The notes under the pieces: model-generated
Database searches by the model: none
Told to the model about the DNA's origin: nothing
Seen by the model: only the letters and a program-made list of their open reading frames with translations
Shown here: piece after piece, positions 8,270-17,352 of the stretch
How positions within the stretch are numbered: position 1 is the first letter of the stretch
Layout: each line of letters opens with the position of its first letter
Source of the DNA: an uncultured archaeon
Lineage (GTDB): Archaea; Iainarchaeota; Iainarchaeia; Iainarchaeales; DATDZZ01
Direction of reading: 5' to 3'
Length of the DNA: 32,000 nt
Assembly (NCBI GenBank): GCA_964373795.1
Contig: CAYJVY010000002.1
Coordinates: 24,207 to 56,206, forward strand
Program-made: the position numbers and the translations under genes

Positions 8270-9496
8270 GTGATAAAAAATCTAAAAAAAATAATGCAAA
8301 TCATGATTTTAGTTTTACTTATAATAAGTTTAACTCCACTCAATTCAAGTTTCGCTAAGGAAACAAGTGACATAAGAATAACTGATGGATATATTCATAA
8401 CAATCATTTTTATGCAGTAAGCTATGATGAAGAAGGAGATGCAATAGTAAGAGCAAAAATAATAATTGAAAACATTTCAGATAAAGATCTAAATGAATTA
8501 GTGTTTGAAATAAAAGGAGAAACAGTAATATATAAAATAATTCAAGAAAACATTTTTGAAAGCCCTTCAAGAATTTCATATGAAAAAAATGTAGAAAGCA
8601 ATTCAACTGAATTAAAATTAATTTTGCCTGAAACAGTTAAACCAAATCAAAAAACAACAATAATTTTATTCTACAAAGTGTCAAACGAAGCAAAAAAAGA
8701 TTTAATTGGAGTATATTCATTCAACTTTCAAACCATTGTAGACAAGCAAGCAGCATTAGTTGAAAATGTAAGAGTATCTGTAACCGTTCAACCAGAACTA
8801 CACTTAAAAGGAATTGCAGAAGGCACTATAAATTATAAAAAAGACTTTATAAGTGGAGCTACTTTAGGAGCCATGGCAATGAAAGAAGAATTCATTTCAG
8901 ACAAAGTATACAAACAATATACAGACGACATTGAATACGCATACGGATTAATTAAAACAACTCAAAACTTAGATTATTTAGAAACATTTAGTGTAACAGG
9001 AAATTACAGCAAAACCCCAATACTGTTAAATTTAATGGAATTAAGTTTTATTGCAATAATTACGTTATTACTTTTAGTCCTTGCTGCATTCACTTTCAAA
9101 AAATTCCTTCAAGTAAACAAGCTTTCAATTCAAACAGTTACAAAAAACCAATTAATTTCAAAAACAACAATTCAAGGACTATTAACAGCACTAATAATCA
9201 CAGGATATTGGACAATCTATTACTTACTAGGACAAAGCATTCCACAATTATTTGGCTACTACGCTTTTCCACTAATACCACTAACACTACTACTAGGAGG
9301 ACTAGCATTAACAGCAATACTATTATTCGTTCCACCATTATACTTTGCATTAAAACAAGGCCCAGCAGACGGAATACTAACATTTACATTCACAATAATG
9401 TGGGGAATAATACTAACAAGTCTATTCATCACCATAATAACTCTATTCATCAACCCGCTAATCAACCCACCACAATATCCACCAATATACTACTAA
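8270..9496 (+). CDS. Orphan polytopic membrane protein with an N-terminal secreted beta-rich domain
   Basis: GTG start is preceded by AGGTGA (8255-8260). Signal peptide: IMQIMILVLLIISLTPLNSSFA. An extracytoplasmic domain of about 240 aa is followed by several hydrophobic helices (LSFIAIITLLLLVLAAFTF, LLTALIITGYWTIYYLL, LIPLTLLLGGLALTAILLFVPPL, ILTFTFTIMWGIILTSLFITIITLFI). Confidence 0.7.
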   Translation: MIKNLKKIMQIMILVLLIISLTPLNSSFAKETSDIRITDGYIHNNHFYAVSYDEEGDAIVRAKIIIENISDKDLNELVFEIKGETVIYKIIQENIFESPSRISYEKNVESNSTELKLILPETVKPNQKTTIILFYKVSNEAKKDLIGVYSFNFQTIVDKQAALVENVRVSVTVQPELHLKGIAEGTINYKKDFISGATLGAMAMKEEFISDKVYKQYTDDIEYAYGLIKTTQNLDYLETFSVTGNYSKTPILLNLMELSFIAIITLLLLVLAAFTFKKFLQVNKLSIQTVTKNQLISKTTIQGLLTALIITGYWTIYYLLGQSIPQLFGYYAFPLIPLTLLLGGLALTAILLFVPPLYFALKQGPADGILTFTFTIMWGIILTSLFITIITLFINPLINPPQYPPIYY

Positions 9497-9612
9497 TTCT
9501 TTTTCCTTTTATTTTTCACGCAAAAAATTCTCCGAACTTTTAAAAAAGAATCTATAAACATTAATATAAGAAACAAAAATCCAACACAAGTTATGTAGAA
9601 GACGGTGGTTGT

Positions 9613-12213
9613 GTGAGTATTGAATTTCAAACCGAGAAACATTCTGATCAAGAAATTTTTAGAGAATTAAATCCCTTACTCAGCGCATGGTTTAAATGGA
9701 AATTTAAGGAATTCACTGAACCTCAAAGATTTGCAATTTTAAACGTGCACAGGAGAGAGAATACTTTAATCTCTGCTCCAACTGGAACTGGAAAAACACT
9801 TTCAACTTTTGCAGCAATTTTAAGCGAATTATTTTCATTAAACGATTCAAATCAACTGGAGGATAAAATTTATTGCGTTTACGTATCTCCTTTGAAGGCC
9901 TTGAATAACGATATTCAAAGAAACTTGCTTGAACCATTAGAAGACATTAAAAAAGCTGCAAAAAAAATAAACAAAGAAATTAGAATTAGAATTGCTGTTA
10001 GAACAGGCGATACAACTGCTTCTGAAAGAAGTAAAATGCTTTCAAATCCTCCACATATTTTAATTACAACTCCTGAATCACTTGCAATTATTTTAAATTC
10101 ACCAAAATTTAAAGAAAACTTGAAAGACATTAAATGGCTTGTAATAGATGAAATCCATGCTCTGGCAAATAATAAACGAGGAGTGCATTTATCAATTTCA
10201 ATGGAAAGACTGCAAGAAGTTTCGCCTAATCTAACTAGAATTGGTTTAAGTGCAACTGTTTCCCCTTTAGACGAAGTAGCAAAATATTTAGTTGGATTGC
10301 AAGGAAAAAATGAAAGAAATTGCAAAATAGTTGACGTACAATTTTTAAAAAAACTTGACTTAAAAGTATTATCACCTTTAAATAATTTTATTGATGTAAC
10401 GCAAGAAGAAATTCAAAAAAAACTTTACTCATTATTGCATCAATTAATTCAAGATCACACTACAACTCTGGTGTTTACTAATACTCGTTCTGCAACTGAA
10501 AGAGTAGTGCATAATTTAAAAGAAAAATTTCCTACAAAATATGGATCAAACATTGAAGCACATCATTCTTCTTTAAGCAGAGAATTAAGATTGAGGACTG
10601 AAGAAAGACTAAAAAAAGGAGAATTAAAAGTTGTTGTTTCAAGCACTTCACTTGAATTAGGAATTGATATTGGATTTATTGATTTAGTTGTATTACTTGG
10701 CTCGCCAAAAGGAGTTGCAAGATTACTGCAAAGAGTTGGAAGATCAGGACATAACTTGCATGACACTGTTAAAGGAAGAATAATTGTTTTAGACAGAGAT
10801 GATTTAATTGAATGCAGTGTAATGCTTAAAGATGCAATTGAAAAAAACCTTGACAAAATTCAAATTCCAAAAAACTGTTTAGATGTTCTAGCTCAACAAA
10901 TTTATGGAATGCTAATTGATCAAAGAAGAGAAGAAAAAGAATTACTTAACTTGATTAGACAGAGTTATTGCTTCAAAGACTTAAGTAAAGAAGATTTTGA
11001 AGACATTTTATCTTATTTATCAGGAGAATTTGTTTCACTTGAATCAAGACATGTTTATGCAAAAATTTGGTGGGACAGAGAAAATGGATTGCTTGGAAAA
11101 AAAGGCAAAACAGCTAGATTAATTTACATGACAAATATTGGAACAATTCCAGAAGAAGCAAGAGTTAAGGTTAAAATTGAAACTCAAACAATTGGATCAA
11201 TTGATGAATTTTTTGCCGAAAAACTAAAAAAAGGGGACGTATTTGTTTTAGGAGGCCAGTCATATGTATTCAAATACTCAAGAGGAATGACCATACAAGT
11301 TTCAGCCGCATATAAGCGGCCTCCAACAGTACCTTCATGGTTTAGTGAAATGCTTCCATTAAGTTTTGACACTGCAATTGAAATAGGAAAATTCCGAGAA
11401 TTAATGAATGAAAAATTTGAATTCAATAAAACAAGAAAAGAAATAATTGAATTCATTCACAAATACCTTTACTTGGATAATAACTCGGCTGAAGCAATCT
11501 ATAGTTATTTCAGAGAACAGTTTCATTACGCGAAAATTCCTTCACATAAAAAAATTTTAATTGAACACTATAAAGAAGCAAACTTAAAACACATAATTTT
11601 TCACACGCTATTTGGAAGAAAAACAAATGATGCATTAAGCAGAACCTTTGCATACGTGATTGGAAAAATGCTTCACAAAGATATTGAAATTACATTAAAT
11701 GATAATGGATTTATTTTAACCTTAAATGATAAAGTAAGCATTTCTTCAATACTGAAATACATTAAATCAAACGAGTTAAGAAAATTACTTGAAAATGCTA
11801 TAATGGATTCAGAAATAATGAAAAGAAGATTCAGACATTGTGCTACTAGAAGTTTAATGATTTTACGATCGTATAAAGGTAAAAGCAAAAGCGTTGGAAG
11901 ACAACAAGCCAGCGCATTTTTATTGTTGCATGCAGTTAAAAGAGTTTCAGAAAATTTTCCAATATTAAGAGAAACTAAGCGAGAAATATTAGAAGATGCA
12001 ATGGATTTAACGCATTCAAAAGAAATAATTGAAGGAATTGAAAACGGAAAAATTAAAGTAATTGAAATCCAATCACAATCTCCAAGTCCTTTTGCCTTCA
12101 ACTTGTTTGCACAAGGATATGCAGATATAATGAAAATGGAAGGAAGACTTGAATTCATTAAAAGAATGCACGAAGAGGTAATGAAAAAAATTGGTGAAAA
12201 AAATGTTGCTTGA
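9613..12213 (+). CDS. lhr: Lhr-core-type ATP-dependent DExH helicase
   Basis: Motifs: APTGTGKT (motif I), VIDEIHAL (DExH), LSATV, HHSSLSRELRLRTEERLKKGELKVVVSSTSLELGIDIG, LQRVGRSGH. It has a long C-terminal Lhr-type (DEAD-associated) extension. At 866 aa, the length fits Lhr-core. Confidence 0.9.
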   Translation: MSIEFQTEKHSDQEIFRELNPLLSAWFKWKFKEFTEPQRFAILNVHRRENTLISAPTGTGKTLSTFAAILSELFSLNDSNQLEDKIYCVYVSPLKALNNDIQRNLLEPLEDIKKAAKKINKEIRIRIAVRTGDTTASERSKMLSNPPHILITTPESLAIILNSPKFKENLKDIKWLVIDEIHALANNKRGVHLSISMERLQEVSPNLTRIGLSATVSPLDEVAKYLVGLQGKNERNCKIVDVQFLKKLDLKVLSPLNNFIDVTQEEIQKKLYSLLHQLIQDHTTTLVFTNTRSATERVVHNLKEKFPTKYGSNIEAHHSSLSRELRLRTEERLKKGELKVVVSSTSLELGIDIGFIDLVVLLGSPKGVARLLQRVGRSGHNLHDTVKGRIIVLDRDDLIECSVMLKDAIEKNLDKIQIPKNCLDVLAQQIYGMLIDQRREEKELLNLIRQSYCFKDLSKEDFEDILSYLSGEFVSLESRHVYAKIWWDRENGLLGKKGKTARLIYMTNIGTIPEEARVKVKIETQTIGSIDEFFAEKLKKGDVFVLGGQSYVFKYSRGMTIQVSAAYKRPPTVPSWFSEMLPLSFDTAIEIGKFRELMNEKFEFNKTRKEIIEFIHKYLYLDNNSAEAIYSYFREQFHYAKIPSHKKILIEHYKEANLKHIIFHTLFGRKTNDALSRTFAYVIGKMLHKDIEITLNDNGFILTLNDKVSISSILKYIKSNELRKLLENAIMDSEIMKRRFRHCATRSLMILRSYKGKSKSVGRQQASAFLLLHAVKRVSENFPILRETKREILEDAMDLTHSKEIIEGIENGKIKVIEIQSQSPSPFAFNLFAQGYADIMKMEGRLEFIKRMHEEVMKKIGEKNVA

Positions 12214-12970
12214 ACAAGTTTCAGAAATTTTTTCTAAAATGAAATTAATTGATTTAACTCTTTTTCTTGAAAAAGAAAAAATTTTAATAATTGCTGACTT
12301 GCATTTAGGGTTTGAAGAAGCATTAATTGAGTCAGGCACTTTTATTCCAAAATTCAATTTTGAAGACATTAAATTAAAACTCAAAAAAGTTTTCCGAGAA
12401 ACAGGAAAATTAAATAAAATAATTATTGTTGGAGATTTTAAACATGAATTTGGAAAAATCTCTCAACAAGAATGGAAAGAACTAATTAAAATGATTGATT
12501 TTTTACAAGAAAATTGCAAGCAATTAGTTTTAATTGGAGGAAATCATGACAAAATTTTAAAACCAATTGCAAATATTAAAAAAATTAAAATAGAAAAAAA
12601 AGGAATTACATTAAGAAAAGGAGAAATATTTGTGTTGCATGGAGATAAAATAATTGAAAACACTAAATCAAAAAAAGCAAAGCTTTTACTAATTGGGCAT
12701 GAACATCCCGCAATTTCTTTAAAAGACAATAATCGAGTTGAAAAATTTAAATGTTTTTTAAAAGGAAAATGGTTAGATAAAAAAATTATTGTTTTGCCTT
12801 CAATGATTTCAATAACTATTGGAACTGATGTTTTAAGGGAAAAACTTTTATCTCCTTATCTACAACAAGATTTAAGTGATTTTGAGGTTTGGATAGTGGA
12901 AGACAAAGCATATTATTTTGGAAAAATAAAAAATTTATTGGAGGAAAAAAATGAAGAAAGCGTTAATTGA
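12203..12970 (+). CDS. Calcineurin-like metallophosphoesterase (Lhr-associated MPE type)
   Basis: Motifs: LIIADLHLGFE, IIVGDFKHEF, IGGNHD, VLHGD, IGHEHP. ATG 12203 is preceded by GGTGA and overlaps the lhr stop by 11 nt. The ORF track begins at TTG 12191. Confidence 0.85.
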   Translation: MLLEQVSEIFSKMKLIDLTLFLEKEKILIIADLHLGFEEALIESGTFIPKFNFEDIKLKLKKVFRETGKLNKIIIVGDFKHEFGKISQQEWKELIKMIDFLQENCKQLVLIGGNHDKILKPIANIKKIKIEKKGITLRKGEIFVLHGDKIIENTKSKKAKLLLIGHEHPAISLKDNNRVEKFKCFLKGKWLDKKIIVLPSMISITIGTDVLREKLLSPYLQQDLSDFEVWIVEDKAYYFGKIKNLLEEKNEESVN

Positions 12971-13130
12971 ATGCCCTAAATGCAATGCAAAAAATGAATT
13001 AGAAATTCCAAAAGACAAATGTTTGGGTTTTTTCAAATGCAGTTCTTGCAATCAATTAATTTTTGCACAAAAAGAATGCTGCGTTATTTGCCAATTCAGT
13101 GAAGAAAAATGTCCTGTGTCAACTAAATAA
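12951..13130 (+). CDS. 59-aa cysteine-rich zinc-ribbon protein (GDCCVxC-domain-like); absent from the supplied ORF track
   Basis: MKKALIECPKCNAKNELEIPKDKCLGFFKCSSCNQLIFAQKECCVICQFSEEKCPVSTK* has 9 Cys arranged CPxC..x12..C..x5..CxxC..x9..CCVxC..x6..CP. GGAGG at 12941-12945 lies 5 nt upstream of the ATG. It overlaps the MPE gene end by 20 nt. Confidence 0.65.
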   Translation: MKKALIECPKCNAKNELEIPKDKCLGFFKCSSCNQLIFAQKECCVICQFSEEKCPVSTK

Positions 13131-13198
13131 TTTAAAAGTCTTTCAGTTATTTAATGTTATTATAAAATCGATTTCTTTTCAAGAGGAGTTAATTTTTA

Positions 13199-14908
13199 AT
13201 GAAGGGAGAAGAATTAATTAGTGAAAAAGCAACTTCGCAGGGATCTGAATTTTATACTCCTATTCCTCAAGAATACAAAAAGGGAAAAACAAAATATATT
13301 TTTGTAGCCGGAACAGTAATGAGTGGAATTGGAAAAGGAATTTTTGCTTCTTCCCTTGCAATGCTATTAAAAGATTCGGGGTTAAAAATTTCTCCAATAA
13401 AATTTGATGGATATTTAAACATTGATGCAGGGACACTAAATCCTTACAGACACGGAGAAGTATTTGTATTAGAAGATGGATTAGAATGTGACATGGATTT
13501 AGGAAGCTATGAAAGATTCCTAGATCAAAATTTAAACAAAATTAATTACATGACTGCTGGAATGATTTTTGAATCTGTATTAAAAAAAGAAAGAAAAGGC
13601 GAGTACCTTGGCCGCGACGTGCAATTCATTCCTCATGTAACAGGAGAAATAAAGTCAAGGCTAAGAAATCTTGCAATGCAAACAAATGCAGACATAGTAT
13701 TACTTGAAATAGGTGGAACAGTTGGAGACATTGAAAATAGTTACTTAATTGAAGCAGTAAGACAATTCATGTATGAAGAAGGAAGAGAAAATGTTTGCTT
13801 TATTAACCTAGTTTACATTGTTCAGCCTCCAAATTTAGGAGAACAAAAATCCAAACCCGCCCAATTAGGATTAAACAAGTTAATGTCTTTAGGAATTCAA
13901 CCAGACATTGTTGTTTGCAGAGCAGTTAATCCAGTGGAACAAAAAATTAAAGAAAAAATCAGTGTTTACTCAAATGTTCCAGTTGAAAACGTTATTGGAT
14001 TGCATAACACTGAAACAGTTTTTGAAGTACCATTAGTATTAGATCAAGCAAAAGTAGATGAAAAAGTAATTCAATTACTTGGATTAAAAAAAAAAGTAAA
14101 TCCTTCAGAGAAAAAAAAGAAATTAATTGAATGGAATACTTTCACTGAAAAAAACAAACATCCAAAAAAAGAAGTAACAATAGGAATTGCAGGAAAATAC
14201 ACAGGGCTAAACGACTCTTATGCAAGTATTTTAAAAGCATTAGAGCATGCAGGAACTCATTTAGATACAAAGGTTAAAGTAAAATTCATTGAATCAACTG
14301 AAATAGAAGATGAAAAGAAAAAAACAGAAGAAGAATTGAAAAACTTGCAAGGATTAATTGTTCCAGGAGGATTTGGAGCTCGAGGCACGAAAGGAAAAAT
14401 TGAATGCATTAAATTTGCAAGAGAAAAAAACTTGCCTTTCTTAGGAATATGTTATGGATTTCAAATGGCGTTAATAGAGTTTGCTAGAAACAAATGCAAT
14501 TTAAAAAATGCAAATTCAACTGAAATAGATCCAAACACTTCAGAACCAGTAATAGATATTTTACCTGAACAAAAAAAAATTGAAGGATTAGGCGGAAACA
14601 TGCGTTTAGGGGAAAGAGAAGTAGAAATAAAACCTGGAACAAAAGCAGCAAAACTATACAAAGCAATAAAAACAAAAGAAAGATTTAGACACAGATTTGA
14701 ATGCAATCCAAAATATATCCAAATGTTTGAAGAAAAAGGAATTGAGTTCAGTGGAAAAGCTCCAAAAGTTCCAATAATGCAAATATTTGAATTAAACTCA
14801 AACGATTTCTTTGTCGGAATCCAATTCCATCCAGAATTTACTTCAAGGCCATTAAAACCAAATCCATTATTTTATGGATTAGTTGAAAGCGCAATAAAAA
14901 AAGTATAA
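13199..14908 (+). CDS. pyrG: CTP synthase (glutamine-hydrolysing)
   Basis: Motifs: YIFVAGTVMSGIGKGI, KFDGYLNIDAGTLNPYRHGEVFVLEDGLECDMDLGSYERF, LEIGGTVGDIE, GICYGFQ (GATase nucleophile), FRHRFE, FHPEF. GAGGAG lies upstream of the ATG. Confidence 0.95.
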   Translation: MKGEELISEKATSQGSEFYTPIPQEYKKGKTKYIFVAGTVMSGIGKGIFASSLAMLLKDSGLKISPIKFDGYLNIDAGTLNPYRHGEVFVLEDGLECDMDLGSYERFLDQNLNKINYMTAGMIFESVLKKERKGEYLGRDVQFIPHVTGEIKSRLRNLAMQTNADIVLLEIGGTVGDIENSYLIEAVRQFMYEEGRENVCFINLVYIVQPPNLGEQKSKPAQLGLNKLMSLGIQPDIVVCRAVNPVEQKIKEKISVYSNVPVENVIGLHNTETVFEVPLVLDQAKVDEKVIQLLGLKKKVNPSEKKKKLIEWNTFTEKNKHPKKEVTIGIAGKYTGLNDSYASILKALEHAGTHLDTKVKVKFIESTEIEDEKKKTEEELKNLQGLIVPGGFGARGTKGKIECIKFAREKNLPFLGICYGFQMALIEFARNKCNLKNANSTEIDPNTSEPVIDILPEQKKIEGLGGNMRLGEREVEIKPGTKAAKLYKAIKTKERFRHRFECNPKYIQMFEEKGIEFSGKAPKVPIMQIFELNSNDFFVGIQFHPEFTSRPLKPNPLFYGLVESAIKKV

Positions 14909-14928
14909 TAAATTAATTCAAGGTTTAA

Positions 14929-15510
14929 ATGAAGGAAACAAAATTCATTATAGTTACAGGCGGAACAGATTTAAAGTCAAACGAAAACACTTTAAAATCA
15001 AGTCAATTAAAAGAAGTTTTATTCAAAAAAAATGAACTAATAATAATAGTCAAACTAGCTGAAAACCTTAAAGGATTTGAAGAAGAAAAAGAACTAATTA
15101 ACAACAGGCCAATTATACTGGAACATGACTTAAACGTAAACGAATGGCGAAAAACAATTGCAAAAAAATATTTTCACAAACATAAAGAAAACTCTTCAAC
15201 AAAAGGAAAAATTGAAGAAATAAAAAAACAATTAATTGAAATTGAAAGAATTCGCCAACCAGATTTCATGCTAATTGAAATTAAAAACAATTTAATTGAC
15301 GTTAAAAACTTTGATTTAATTCAAGCAGTAAAAGAATTAGTTCAAGAACTAGGAAAGGAAAGATTTACTTTCATCCACATAGAGTCAACTCCGCATTTAA
15401 ATAAAACAGAAAAAGAGTTAGAAAAAAATAGAGGAAAACAATTCCTTGAAATAACTGGAATAAAGCCAAACATTATTGTAAGAGATTATGAACTTATTTG
15501 GAGAGAATAA
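14929..15510 (+). CDS. Degenerate, truncated CTP-synthase N-terminal (amidoligase) domain-like protein
   Basis: By-eye alignment to the adjacent PyrG: ETKFIIVTGGTDLKS vs KTKYIFVAGTVMSGIGKG. Also DFMLIEIKNNLIDVKNFDLIQAVKEL..GKERFTFIHIESTPHL...GKQFLEITGIKPNIIVRD vs DIVLLEIGGTVGDIENSYLIEAVRQF..GRENVCFINLVYIVQPPNL...LNKLMSLGIQPDIVVCR. Catalytic loops are not conserved. Confidence 0.5.
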   Translation: MKETKFIIVTGGTDLKSNENTLKSSQLKEVLFKKNELIIIVKLAENLKGFEEEKELINNRPIILEHDLNVNEWRKTIAKKYFHKHKENSSTKGKIEEIKKQLIEIERIRQPDFMLIEIKNNLIDVKNFDLIQAVKELVQELGKERFTFIHIESTPHLNKTEKELEKNRGKQFLEITGIKPNIIVRDYELIWRE

Positions 15511-15546
15511 GTGGATTTAAAAAACGAATTATAATAATTTTATTAA

Positions 15547-16701
15547 ATGGTATTAGAAAGAATTAAACTGCCAGGAAAAGAAATAATTCTAGTTGGAACA
15601 GCGCATATTTCAGAAAAAAGCATTGAATTAGTGAAGAAAACAATTGAAGAAGAAAACCCTGAAGCAATTGGAGTAGAACTAGATGTCCAAAGATTTCATC
15701 AACTAAAAAGCGGAGAACAATACAGGGAAACAAATATTTCTGAAATAATTAAAACAGGAAAAGCATACTTGTTTTTAATTAATTTACTGCTTTCAAATCT
15801 GCAAAGAAGAATTGGAGTTCAATTAGGGGTTAAACCTGGAAGCGAAATGCTTACAGCAACAGATTTAGCTGAAGAAAAAGGAATTAAAATATACTTATTA
15901 GATAGAGATGTAAAAATTACTTTGAAAAGAGCATTCAAATTAATGCCTTTTTTTGAAAAAATAAAACTATTTTCCTCAATATTTTTTGGATTTTTTTCAA
16001 ACCAAGCAGAAGAATTAACTCCAGAAAAAATTGAAGAACTAAAAAACCAAGACGTAATGACTAAATTAATGCAAGAATTAAGTGAAACCGCTCCAACAAT
16101 TAAACAAGTATTAGTAGATGAACGAGATAAATTCATTGCTGAAAAAATTAACCAAATTCAAGCAAAAAAAATTGTGGCAGTAGTGGGCGCAGGCCATTTA
16201 CAAGGAATAAAAAATTATTTAGGGAAAAAAATTAATTTAAATGAATTAGAAATAATTCCTAAAAAGAAAAACATGCTAAAATATATTGCATACACTGTTC
16301 CAATAATTTTTATTGCATTAATTGGATACGCTTTTTTCACTAAAGGAATTACTTTAAGTTTAAAGCTATTTTTTTGGTGGTTTTTAATTACTGGAGGATT
16401 ATCAGCTCTTGGAGTAATAATTGCAAGAGGACATATTTTTTCAGCTATTACTGCATTTATTGTAGCACCTTTTACCACTCTTCACCCAGCAGTAGCGTCC
16501 GGATGGTTTGCTGCAATAGTTGAAGCCAAGATGTCAATGCCTAAAGTAAAAGACTTTGAAGAACTTTACCAAATAAATTCATTCAAAGACTTTAGTTCAA
16601 ATAGGGTTACAAGAATTTTACTTGTAACAGTAATGGCTAATTTAGGATCAACAATTGGAACAATAATTGCTTTTCCATATTTAATTGCAATACTAAAATA
16701 A
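15547..16701 (+). CDS. TraB/GumN-family protein with a C-terminal membrane domain
   Basis: Motifs: LVGTAHISEKS, IGVELDVQRF, VDERDKFIAEKI, VVGAGHLQGI. These are followed by about 4 hydrophobic helices. Confidence 0.85.
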   Translation: MVLERIKLPGKEIILVGTAHISEKSIELVKKTIEEENPEAIGVELDVQRFHQLKSGEQYRETNISEIIKTGKAYLFLINLLLSNLQRRIGVQLGVKPGSEMLTATDLAEEKGIKIYLLDRDVKITLKRAFKLMPFFEKIKLFSSIFFGFFSNQAEELTPEKIEELKNQDVMTKLMQELSETAPTIKQVLVDERDKFIAEKINQIQAKKIVAVVGAGHLQGIKNYLGKKINLNELEIIPKKKNMLKYIAYTVPIIFIALIGYAFFTKGITLSLKLFFWWFLITGGLSALGVIIARGHIFSAITAFIVAPFTTLHPAVASGWFAAIVEAKMSMPKVKDFEELYQINSFKDFSSNRVTRILLVTVMANLGSTIGTIIAFPYLIAILK

Positions 16702-16710
16702 GTTCTGAAA

Positions 16711-17352
16711 TTATTTTTTCTTTAAATAAGAAAGAACTTTTCCAGTTTTTTCAGCTTCTGCAATTAATTGTTTAGCGTAAAAAATTCGCTGAATTGCGCC
16801 AATCCAAGTAACTACTGCAATTAATAATAAAACTACTTGCAAAACATCAAATCCTGAAATTTTTTGAACAAATTGATAAACAATTAAACCAAATACAAGC
16901 AACACAGCTCTATCTGCTCTTTCACCAATTGCAGGCCAATGCCTGTTATCAGTTTCAATCACTAATGCAACCCTTGGCTTTGCATAAGACAAAAGAAGAC
17001 TTCCAGACAAAGCAAGAATGCTTTCCAAAGGATACAAAAAAGAAAAACCAATGAAAAGAATTACTTCAACAAACTTGTCAACCATTGCATCCAAATAATT
17101 CCCAAAATTTGTTACTCTCTTTTGAATTTTTGCAACAGAACCATCAATTGCATCAATTGCAAAAGAAACAATTACAAAAATTAATGTATAAAAAAAGTTT
17201 TTTTGAAAAATAAAAAAAGCTGCAAGAATTGCAAAAATTATTGCACTCAAAGTCACAAAATTTGGAGGTAAAAAACTGAAAAATTTTGCAAAAAACATTG
17301 CAGGTTTTTTTCTCCCCTCATCAGAAATAAATTTAGACAACATTTCAATCAT
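16711..17352 (-). CDS. CDP-alcohol phosphatidyltransferase family protein (archaeal polar-lipid head-group transferase)
   Basis: Signature DAIDGSVAKIQKRVTNFGNYLDAMVDK matches Dx2DGx2A(R/K)x8Gx3Dx3D. The protein is multi-TM. Its ATG overlaps the upstream PHP gene's stop (ATGA). Confidence 0.88.
   Translation of the reverse strand: MIEMLSKFISDEGRKKPAMFFAKFFSFLPPNFVTLSAIIFAILAAFFIFQKNFFYTLIFVIVSFAIDAIDGSVAKIQKRVTNFGNYLDAMVDKFVEVILFIGFSFLYPLESILALSGSLLLSYAKPRVALVIETDNRHWPAIGERADRAVLLVFGLIVYQFVQKISGFDVLQVVLLLIAVVTWIGAIQRIFYAKQLIAEAEKTGKVLSYLKKK

Noticed and set aside
9198-9543. ORFs 9208-9543 (+), 9198-9383 (-) and 9259-9465 (-) overlap the 3' end of the 8270-9496 gene.
   Set aside because: This stretch is G-poor and C/A/T-rich on the + strand because it encodes Leu/Ile/Thr/Pro-rich TM helices. 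That composition keeps several frames open by chance. The alternative translations are low-complexity (TNTTNTTTRRT.., LLLLVL..) and have no start context.
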